A DNA stretch of 9,362 nt from Candidatus Odinarchaeota archaeon (GCA_038826135.1 JAWBON010000047.1:1-9362), one strand, 5' to 3'. Numbered from the stretch's first letter, positions 1 to 6,783 are shown. Made by a program: numbers and translations. Notes: generated from the letters alone by a model not told the origin.

Positions 1-1529
1 AAATCTTTATGTCTTTTAAAGCTTCTAATCAGTTTATCATTTTCTTTAGAGGTAGCGTCGAATCTTTCAACAAACAATTTTTTATTTAACCTGTCTCCTA
101 TCCCGTAATCTAAAAGATCTTTAAGAACCTTGTATGAGGGAGTAAAAACACCTATATTCGCCGGTGTAGCGTCAACCGCCTCTGAAATTTTATCTATTAT
201 CTTATTGTAATTGCTTTCAACCCGCTGATTTAACGCGGTGCTAACACCTTCAACAATTAAAGCTAATACATTTTTTTTATCAAACGGTGATTTTAAAACA
301 GCTTGAACGGTTGAAGATGGTAACCCTGTAACGTCTATGAAGGCTTGTAGAGGTTGAATTGTTCCTGAAACAGATATCGTAGCATAGCACTGGCTGTAAA
401 TAATTCTAGTTATTCTTCTAGGGTCTAAAGCCACTATCTCTATTCTCGTATAGCTTCCACCGTCTCCTGTGAAATATTTTCTAATCACCTGGCAGTAGTC
501 TCTTCTTCCAACAGTATCCATCCAGTAAATTGTGAATTCTGCTAGTCGATGAATATAAGAGTGTGGCAGCTTTCCATCTGATATCATCAGTCTCTGAACC
601 GTCTCACCTTTTTCATGCATATCCTCCAAGAACCCCATCAGGTCACCGTAATCCGCTCCCCTCTGCAACGCGTCTTCAACAGTGTATTTTGGGACGAGTA
701 TCTCCTCCTCCTGACCTATTAAAGGTTCAAGTTCCTCGTATATTTTAAGAAATCTCTTGCAGAAAACTTTTATTTCACTTAACCTGTATTTTTCAGCTTC
801 ATTAATAGCTAATTTAATAGAGTTTTTAGACAGCGCGTCGCTTGATATGTTTAAAGCTATTTCAGGTAGGTTATGAGCTTCATCTAAAACAACTATTAGA
901 TCAGAGATTTTCCTCTTAAGATTGTTTAAAAAAAGTTCTCTAATATAAGGATTGAAAAGATACATGTAATTAGCAGCTATAATATTCACGTCCGGCAATA
1001 TTTTTTTAGCAAACTCGTAGGGGCATATTTCCAGTTTTCTACACACGCTGATTAATTCATCATTGCTTAAAGGGGTTGATAATGCAGCATTCTCCAATCT
1101 TTCATATAATCGGTTTCTCTCAACTAAATTAGTATAATATACGCATTTACCAAGCTTCTGAAGCTCTTTACACACGTTCATCGCAGAAGTCGGATCAGGG
1201 CAATATCTCCTCACAAACTGGTTGAAGCACATCTCCACTCTGCCTCTGAGAGAAACCCCTTTAACAGGCTTTCTTTTAGCGATGAGTTTAAGCTCGCTCA
1301 TAACCCGGTCTATCTGTTTATGTGTTCTAGCCAGATACACCACTGGGTGTTGTGAGCTTAAAGCACTAGGTAGCACACCTGACAGCAAACCAACTGTTTT
1401 ACCTAATCCGTTACAGCCTTCTATAACAGCGTGGCCGCCTTTACGCGATATCTCCCGAGCTATTTCTATAAGCTCTCTCTGACCCTCCCGGACACTCTCA
1501 TATGGGAAAAACTCATCTAAATCGATCAT
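1..1529 (-). CDS. xpd: XPD/Rad3/DinG-family SF2 5'-3' DNA helicase with 4Fe-4S domain (partial, runs off left edge)
   Basis: Hand translation from ATG at 1529 (in-frame TAA upstream at 1566-1568) is open for 509 codons to the window edge: MIDLDEFFPYESVREGQ... It shows Q motif (FPY...REGQ), Walker A EGCNGLGKT (37-45), motif Ia LARTHKQ, Fe-S cysteines C101/C120/C129/C169 (…EMCF…NVC…GKCVYY…ICPY), Walker B LDEAHN (215-220), motif III SGT (388-390) and motif IV GVFTPSY (460-466). It is absent from the ORF track because its stop lies outside the window. Confidence 0.93.
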   Translation of the reverse strand, partial: MIDLDEFFPYESVREGQRELIEIAREISRKGGHAVIEGCNGLGKTVGLLSGVLPSALSSQHPVVYLARTHKQIDRVMSELKLIAKRKPVKGVSLRGRVEMCFNQFVRRYCPDPTSAMNVCKELQKLGKCVYYTNLVERNRLYERLENAALSTPLSNDELISVCRKLEICPYEFAKKILPDVNIIAANYMYLFNPYIRELFLNNLKRKISDLIVVLDEAHNLPEIALNISSDALSKNSIKLAINEAEKYRLSEIKVFCKRFLKIYEELEPLIGQEEEILVPKYTVEDALQRGADYGDLMGFLEDMHEKGETVQRLMISDGKLPHSYIHRLAEFTIYWMDTVGRRDYCQVIRKYFTGDGGSYTRIEIVALDPRRITRIIYSQCYATISVSGTIQPLQAFIDVTGLPSSTVQAVLKSPFDKKNVLALIVEGVSTALNQRVESNYNKIIDKISEAVDATPANIGVFTPSYKVLKDLLDYGIGDRLNKKLFVERFDATSKENDKLIRSFKRHKD

Positions 1530-1748
1530 ATTCAACTCATCTTCATCCGAGCAGGAGTAACCTGTTTAATAGAATGCACCCCGTCTATTTCCAAAGTTTT
1601 TAATCACCCTAATTAATATATAGATGTTGCTGGCTTTTTAGAGAAACCATCACCCTTACCTGATTAGATTTTAAATTTCGGGAAGCGAAGGTAGCAAGTT
1701 ATAAATATCTCTTTTAAATAATTTAATTAGCGTCACATTAGTTAATGA

Positions 1749-1758
1749 TTTTATATAA
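1749..1758 (+). promoter_or_regulatory. Candidate archaeal TATA box for aglB
   Basis: TTTTATATAA lies 44-53 bp upstream of the aglB ATG, compatible with a short leader. The region is AT-rich with other TATA-like words (1699-1707, 1712-1720), so the assignment is not unique. Confidence 0.4.
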
Positions 1759-1790
1759 TTTCATGAACGGTTTTACAGAGCGAGTCTAGT

Positions 1791-1795
1791 AGGAG
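1791..1795 (+). promoter_or_regulatory. Shine-Dalgarno-like site of aglB
   Basis: AGGAG ends 6 nt before ATG 1802. Confidence 0.5.
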
Positions 1796-1801
1796 ACGAA
1801 T

Positions 1802-4800
1802 ATGGGTTGGAAAATTGCGAGTTTCAGCGAAAATATTAGGGGTCTAATAAGCTTTAAGCGTGAGAAGTTTAAGCTTAAGAGTTTAATACTTTACATTTCA
1901 CTTATATCAATATTCTTAATAGCTTTATTCGTAAGATTAACACCAGCAGCCTACGAGGCGATATTGAAAGGCTTCGACCCTTACTTTCAATTCAGGCAAA
2001 CCCAGTATATAGTTGAAAACGGTTTTTCAGCATGGTTTAACTGGCATGACCCGTTCTCCTGGTATCCTTGGGGTAGAGATATACCTGCGAACAGTTATCC
2101 GGGTTTACCGTTCGCAGCTGCAGCTGTATATCTTTTTCTCACAGGAATCGGTTTACCGATCAATCTTTTAGAAATGTGTTGGGCTTGGCCGGCTTTTATG
2201 GGGGCTTTAACAACGATTGCAATGTATTTTCTAGGTAAAGAATTCGGGTCGAAGAAGGTTGGGCTTATCGCTGCTTTCTTCCTAGCTCTTATGCCCGCAT
2301 ATTTTCAGAGGACGATCGCCGGGTTCTTCGATAATGAGACTGTCGGTATACTTTTAATGGTTTTAACCACGTATTTTTACATAAGAGCTATTAAACGGGA
2401 ATCTGTGTTTTCAAGTCTTTTAAGCGGGCTGGCATTAGCTTATTTAACTATTACATGGGGTGCTAACATTTACTTCTTCTACCTGATACCTTTATCTAAC
2501 TTAATCTTTTTAATTCTTAAAAAATATAAGCCGTTTTATTTAATCCCCTATGCTTTAACAATCGGAATCCCGCTTTTAGTCGGATCCCAGATTCCCCTGC
2601 TCGGAGGAGCTAATATAATATTCAACGGAACCGGGATTATTTCGATAGGTGTGCTGGGGATCCTTGTATTATACGAGTTAATAGGCAGGTTTAGGAAATC
2701 CCCTACTTACGCTAAGATAAAACCTTATACGCTTCCTATAATAGGCGGGATTATAGGAGTTATAGCTCTCAGCGTAATCGTGCTCTATTTTATAGCTCAA
2801 ATTAATATAATATCCCCTATTATAGGGGTGGTCGCTAGTCTCCCTGCTAGATTTTTATCTATAATTAATCCTTTAGCTAGATCAGAGGTTTACTTGGTAG
2901 CCTCTGTAGGTGAGCACGCTGTCACCTCTTGGGGGGTATTCTACTACTATCTTTTCATCCCCATATTTCTATTCCCTGTGGGAATATACTTTGTTATCAA
3001 GCGTTTAGAAACCACGGATATACTTCTTTTAACTGCCTTAATCACGTCACTGTACTTTTCAGCCTCCATGATTAGATTACTGCTTGTTCTTGCACCTTTC
3101 ATCTGTTTATTCGCAGCTTACGGGCTTGTAAATGTTATGAAACCCTTCTCCTCTATAATAAGTAAGGAGACAATCACGGTATCGCTTAGGAAGAGACGGG
3201 TCAGTAAAACTGTTTCACGCGAATACAGTGTGATAGCGTTCGGAATAGTCTTCATTCTTTTAGCTGCGAATTTATGGCATGGAATAGACGTATCCCGGCA
3301 GTTCGCTCCCTCCGAGATGGTTGGTTTAGGTGTTTACTATGATTGGCAAGAGTCTTTTCAATGGATGAGAAATAACATAGGCACCGGTAGGGTGATCCTA
3401 TCATGGTGGGATTACGGTTACTGGATAACCGCTGTTGCTAATGAAACCACGTTGATGGATAACGGAACCTTTAATGAGACGCAGATTGCCATCCTCGGCT
3501 TAGCTTTAATGTCAGGGGAGGTTGAAGCTCTTAAAATAATGCGCCAATACGGTGTAGAATATGTTCTCGTTCACTTCGGATACTTTATACCCTCCCTCAG
3601 CGGTGATGAGGGTAAATGGATTTGGATGGTTAGAATAGCTTCAGACAACTATCCTGAAATCATAAATGAAAGCCAATACTATAATGCTACAGCAGGTAAA
3701 CCTACATCAAAATTCTTCGACAGTCTCATATACAAGTTACTATTCTATAAGGAGCCTGGATCATATGAGTTAGCATCCTACGTCAGTAATAGTATGGATA
3801 AGCTAGGTTATCCTAAATACCAGTCTTATCCTACAAGTCAGCGTTGGATGTTCATCGGAGCTGACAGTGATTACCCTGTTTTCAATGCAGCTTACATCTC
3901 ATCTCATAACCTGGTTAAATTATACAAAGTCGATTACACCATTCTCGACACATGGCTTGAAATAGTGAATACCACAGTTTACACTTTTCCAGATAAGACC
4001 TGCGCGCTAGTAACGGTTAGAAACAACGGTTCTGAACCCGTCACCGTTGACACATCCTCGTCTTCAATATTAATAAACGGGAGTAAGCTCTCCACTGTAG
4101 GAGGCTCAGCCCATGTGGCTGAAGGTTCAGCGTTAATGAACCCGGGGGAAACCTGTACTGTTAAAATAGATGTTAACTCAAACTCCACGGTTGGAACAGC
4201 TTTTAACACGACAATAAGGTCTGTGGAGTTTTACGGTTACCGTAAATCTTCAGATATAAACATTGTTAGAGCCGCAGGCTCTTTAAGCATATCTATTATT
4301 AACGCTACCGCTTACAGTAATGAGACAATATTTTTGAATGTTGAAAACACGGGTGATGAATACTTAACTGTAACCAAGATTTATGTTAACGGCTCATCGA
4401 GCGGTGTGAATATTCAAGGTGATTTAACTCTCGCTCCGGGGCAGGTTCAAATGTACACGCTTACCTTCAACCCTGTTAACTATCCTTCACTTAATCTTAA
4501 CGTATCGGATATAGTTAACATAAATATTTCCACATGGGAGGGGGTCTCCGATACTTTAACAGGTGTAGTGGTTCAAAGCCCGCCCGGCTATAATTTCACG
4601 GTAAGCGAGGTTAACGTATTCAGTAACGAGACTGTTTTATTCAACATGTTTAATAACGGCTCATACCCGCTGGGCATCTCTCATATAATATTATCTACTG
4701 GGATCGGTAGTGTAACATTTTACAGGTCCTCTATAACCGCTCTTAACGGAAGTTTAACAATTAATCCAGGTTCAACTATAAGATATAAAGTCGCTTGGGC

Positions 4801-5500
4801 GCCTTCTCTAATAGATTTAAACCAGACTGATATGGTTAACATAACAGTTTGCACATATGAAGGTCTAGAATACACAGTTCAGAATATTACTGTAACGGAA
4901 CCTGTAGGCTACGATTACACAGTTACAGGTCAAGTATATGATAATGAAACAGCTTACCTTACTGTAAGTAATAACGGGTCTTATCCTATAACTTTGAGAA
5001 CTGTTACCGCTAACGGCACGATTGTAAATACTATAACTCCCATCAACGGCTCAATGACATTAAACCCTGGTGTGGCTACCTTGTATAAGATTGTCTGGGA
5101 TCCGTTTATATTTAATGTGAGTGCAGGCGAGTACGTTGAGTTGAAGACTATAACCTTCCAGGATATTAACCGGACAATCTCATGCTTGGTAGAATCCTCA
5201 AATTACTCTATAATGATAGATCCATCTATAACATTTATCTACTCTAATAATACTATTTTTATCACTTTGAATAATACGAGCCCGTCTTTTTCAATTAATA
5301 ATCTCACTATACTCGTTGAAAACCAAACTTCCGGGGAGAGTCAATACTTAACGTGGACGGGTGTATTAAACACAGGCGAATCAGTAAATTTGAGTTTTAA
5401 TCTTGATGAGATGCCTTCTTTGAATGCTGGTGAAACACTGCGGGTTGCGGTGAAATCGGTTGAAAATGCAAGTTACCAGGTGCTAGAAACTGTATTATAA
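1802..5500 (+). CDS. aglB: Oligosaccharyltransferase catalytic subunit AglB/STT3 with long C-terminal tandem-repeat extension (1232 aa)
   Basis: Multi-pass hydrophobic N-terminal half followed by a soluble domain. STT3 motifs occur in canonical order: FDPY (D59), WYPWGR, FFDNE (177-179), SVGEH (E371), SMIRLLLVLAP (R425), WWDYG (535-539; nt 3404-3418), DNGTFN (553-558) and DK motif D602-x2-K605-x3-M609. LYKV at 707-710 ends the core. Confidence 0.97.
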   Translation: MGWKIASFSENIRGLISFKREKFKLKSLILYISLISIFLIALFVRLTPAAYEAILKGFDPYFQFRQTQYIVENGFSAWFNWHDPFSWYPWGRDIPANSYPGLPFAAAAVYLFLTGIGLPINLLEMCWAWPAFMGALTTIAMYFLGKEFGSKKVGLIAAFFLALMPAYFQRTIAGFFDNETVGILLMVLTTYFYIRAIKRESVFSSLLSGLALAYLTITWGANIYFFYLIPLSNLIFLILKKYKPFYLIPYALTIGIPLLVGSQIPLLGGANIIFNGTGIISIGVLGILVLYELIGRFRKSPTYAKIKPYTLPIIGGIIGVIALSVIVLYFIAQINIISPIIGVVASLPARFLSIINPLARSEVYLVASVGEHAVTSWGVFYYYLFIPIFLFPVGIYFVIKRLETTDILLLTALITSLYFSASMIRLLLVLAPFICLFAAYGLVNVMKPFSSIISKETITVSLRKRRVSKTVSREYSVIAFGIVFILLAANLWHGIDVSRQFAPSEMVGLGVYYDWQESFQWMRNNIGTGRVILSWWDYGYWITAVANETTLMDNGTFNETQIAILGLALMSGEVEALKIMRQYGVEYVLVHFGYFIPSLSGDEGKWIWMVRIASDNYPEIINESQYYNATAGKPTSKFFDSLIYKLLFYKEPGSYELASYVSNSMDKLGYPKYQSYPTSQRWMFIGADSDYPVFNAAYISSHNLVKLYKVDYTILDTWLEIVNTTVYTFPDKTCALVTVRNNGSEPVTVDTSSSSILINGSKLSTVGGSAHVAEGSALMNPGETCTVKIDVNSNSTVGTAFNTTIRSVEFYGYRKSSDINIVRAAGSLSISIINATAYSNETIFLNVENTGDEYLTVTKIYVNGSSSGVNIQGDLTLAPGQVQMYTLTFNPVNYPSLNLNVSDIVNINISTWEGVSDTLTGVVVQSPPGYNFTVSEVNVFSNETVLFNMFNNGSYPLGISHIILSTGIGSVTFYRSSITALNGSLTINPGSTIRYKVAWAPSLIDLNQTDMVNITVCTYEGLEYTVQNITVTEPVGYDYTVTGQVYDNETAYLTVSNNGSYPITLRTVTANGTIVNTITPINGSMTLNPGVATLYKIVWDPFIFNVSAGEYVELKTITFQDINRTISCLVESSNYSIMIDPSITFIYSNNTIFITLNNTSPSFSINNLTILVENQTSGESQYLTWTGVLNTGESVNLSFNLDEMPSLNAGETLRVAVKSVENASYQVLETVL
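3950..5497 (+). repeat. Five diverged protein-level tandem repeats (~97-110 aa) in the AglB C-terminus
   Basis: Approximate units are residues 717-826, 827-929, 930-1036, 1037-1133 and 1134-1232. Recurrent words are [YF]-[SD]-N-[EN]-T (units 2-5), N-[NT]-G-[SD]-x-P/Y (units 1-4), L-[TM]-[LI]-N/A-P-G-like (units 1-4; LNTG in unit 5) and T-[WY]-E-G (units 2-3). DNA-level identity is limited to short stretches (e.g. aataacggctcataccc vs aataacgggtcttatcc). Confidence 0.8.
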
Positions 5501-5668
5501 ATTCGAATCCTCCAGTTTCTTTAACTGGCGTCTATATTTCCCATAATTATCTGTTAAAGAAAACTTAGCAGGATGCGGTATCTTAGTCTGGCTTGAACAG
5601 TACGGGCATATAGGTTTAAGTATAGTGTATTTGCCGCATACCGTGCATTTTCTCATATATTTTGTCAT
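5495..5668 (-). CDS. nop10: H/ACA RNP protein Nop10 (57 aa)
   Basis: Hand translation: MTKYMRKCTVCGKYTILKPICPYCSSQTKIPHPAKFSLTDNYGKYRRQLKKLEDSNL*. It has the archaeal Nop10 zinc ribbon (CxxC…YT…CPxC) and the HPAKFS…D.YGKYRR signature. It sits at its usual position after aIF2-alpha. It is below the ORF-track length cut-off. Confidence 0.93.
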   Translation of the reverse strand: MTKYMRKCTVCGKYTILKPICPYCSSQTKIPHPAKFSLTDNYGKYRRQLKKLEDSNL

Positions 5669-5721
5669 AAAACCGCCTGTAATCTATGTTTCGTTTAAGA
5701 GCAGATAGCCCACCATTAGCA

Positions 5722-6519
5722 TTAACTAATTTTCTTCCAGTCCCCGTCTCCGCCTAGGCTTCTAATAGTTTTTAAAATCATGTTAGCTGAATTGGATAAT
5801 GCTTTTTCAGCTGTTTTATAATCCGGGGCTTCTATTTCAAACTGATATCTCGGAGACCCTAATAAGAATATTCGTCCTTTTACACCAGGTTCGTTTTCTA
5901 ATTCTTCAAGACCCTTCATAAGAGCGGTTTTTACCGCATCCACTCCGTCGGGTTTATAACAGGTGACGTCTATTTCAGCCAGCATTTTAACCGTCGGTAT
6001 TTCAACATGCTCTAACGCCTCCCGATATATTACATCCCGCCATGCGGCTGGTATCTTAGCTTCTTCAAGAGCAGCCACCCCGTTCTTTTTTACAGCTTGC
6101 AGACCCTTATATATTTCACCGTATGTGTCTTCCAGCCTCCAGCCCACCTCCTGGTAGGCTTCATCTATAGTTTTACCCAGTTTATCAGCTGCTAATTTAA
6201 GTATGCCCTCCGCGTTTTTAGCGCGTTTCCATGCTTGTATTTTCTCTTTTTTCTGCTGTTCAGTCACTCTTCTCAGGGAAAGATCGATTTGTTTTTTCTC
6301 CCTGTTCACTCTGAGAACTTTAGTAACTATTTTCTGCCCTTCTTTAACAAAGTTTCTTATATTCTTTATCCAGCTAGATGCTATTTCCGATAAGTGAACG
6401 AATCCTCTAAGCCCAGGATACTCCTCTAAATCAACATAGGCTCCATGAGAAGTAATGTCTGTTACAGTACATAAAAGCAGGTCGCCCTCTGAGGGCATCT
6501 CCCTCCTAGTTTTTACCAA
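5722..6519 (-). CDS. eif2a: Translation initiation factor 2 subunit alpha (aIF2-alpha), ~265 aa
   Basis: S1 domain (P.EGDL…V..I..HGAYV.L.EY…GFVHLSEIAS.WIKNIR…KVLRV…QIDLSLRRV), helical domain, and C-terminal domain with GSPRY. The start is placed at TTG 6519 (MVKTRREMPSEG) rather than 6534, because GGAGGT lies 7 nt upstream of 6519. Confidence 0.95.
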   Translation of the reverse strand: MVKTRREMPSEGDLLLCTVTDITSHGAYVDLEEYPGLRGFVHLSEIASSWIKNIRNFVKEGQKIVTKVLRVNREKKQIDLSLRRVTEQQKKEKIQAWKRAKNAEGILKLAADKLGKTIDEAYQEVGWRLEDTYGEIYKGLQAVKKNGVAALEEAKIPAAWRDVIYREALEHVEIPTVKMLAEIDVTCYKPDGVDAVKTALMKGLEELENEPGVKGRIFLLGSPRYQFEIEAPDYKTAEKALSNSANMILKTIRSLGGDGDWKKIS

Positions 6520-6526
6520 AACACTA

Positions 6527-6532
6527 ACCTCC
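6527..6532 (-). promoter_or_regulatory. Shine-Dalgarno site of aIF2-alpha
   Basis: GGAGGT on the minus strand, 7 nt upstream of TTG 6519. Confidence 0.65.
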
Positions 6533-6578
6533 AAAATATATTACTAACAGTTTACGTGCGGGAGGATAACATGAATTT

Positions 6579-6767
6579 CTATAGGACGGTTACTATTTTC
6601 GTTTTAAATCTGGTTTTACCACCAGTAGGCTCCGCTATCACTCGACCGCATGTTTCGCATTTAACCTCAGTTGCTGCGCATCCGAACACAATCTGCTCTG
6701 AGCCGCAGTCTAAGCATTTAACTTTTAAGAATTTACTTTTAGGTTCAGGTATTTTCTCCTTAACCAA
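6579..6767 (-). CDS. rps27e: 30S ribosomal protein S27e (62 aa)
   Basis: IPEPKSKFLKVKCLDCGSEQIVF…VKCETCGRVIAEPTGGK is the S27e signature with both CxxC pairs. TTG start. Confidence 0.96.
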   Translation of the reverse strand: MVKEKIPEPKSKFLKVKCLDCGSEQIVFGCAATEVKCETCGRVIAEPTGGKTRFKTKIVTVL

Positions 6768-6772
6768 ATAAG

Positions 6773-6779
6773 ATCACCT
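6773..6779 (-). promoter_or_regulatory. Shine-Dalgarno site of rps27e
   Basis: AGGTGAT on the minus strand, 5 nt upstream of TTG 6767. Confidence 0.7.
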
Positions 6780-6783
6780 TAAT

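Noticed and set aside
563-748. ORF-track 61-aa plus-strand ORF
   Set aside because: Antisense to the xpd coding region; no recognisable motif.
1222-1482. ORF-track 86-aa plus-strand ORF
   Set aside because: Antisense shadow of the xpd N-terminal motifs; no family signature.
1736-1747. Inverted repeat CATTA-gt-TAATG next to the putative aglB TATA box as a regulator site
   Set aside because: 5-bp AT-rich arms are expected by chance, and no second properly placed copy was found.
1530-1801. ncRNA (tRNA, C/D box or H/ACA guide) in the 272-bp intergenic region
   Set aside because: No cloverleaf, no box C (RUGAUGA) with box D (CUGA) pairing and no stable long stem recognised. A covariance-model search would be needed to exclude it fully.
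3979-4209. ORF-track 76-aa minus-strand ORF
   Set aside because: Lies wholly inside aglB on the opposite strand; no motif.
3938-5500. Intein or mobile insertion as the explanation for the oversized aglB
   Set aside because: The extra sequence is C-terminal to an intact core. It lacks intein splice-junction residues (terminal His-Asn followed by Cys/Ser/Thr extein) and LAGLIDADG motifs, and shows no terminal inverted repeats.
5512-5528. Hairpin CCAGTT-tcttt-AACTGG just downstream of the aglB stop as a terminator
   Set aside because: Only a 6-bp stem inside the nop10 CDS with no long U tract after it. Archaeal termination relies mainly on U-rich tracts, so it cannot be supported.
5963-6397. 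Two 64-aa plus-strand ORFs (5963-6157, 6203-6397)
   Set aside because: Antisense to aIF2-alpha; composition typical of reverse-frame shadows.
6340-6420. Eukaryote-type Ser51 phosphorylation site in aIF2-alpha
   Set aside because: The segment reads LSEIASSWIKNI, the usual archaeal form, with Ala at the Ser51-equivalent position and no RRR motif.
6520-6534. ORF-track aIF2-alpha start at TTG 6534
   Set aside because: The added codons contain the GGAGGT SD, which is correctly spaced for TTG 6519.
6556-6771. ORF-track 71-aa plus-strand ORF
   Set aside because: Antisense to rps27e, which has an unambiguous signature.
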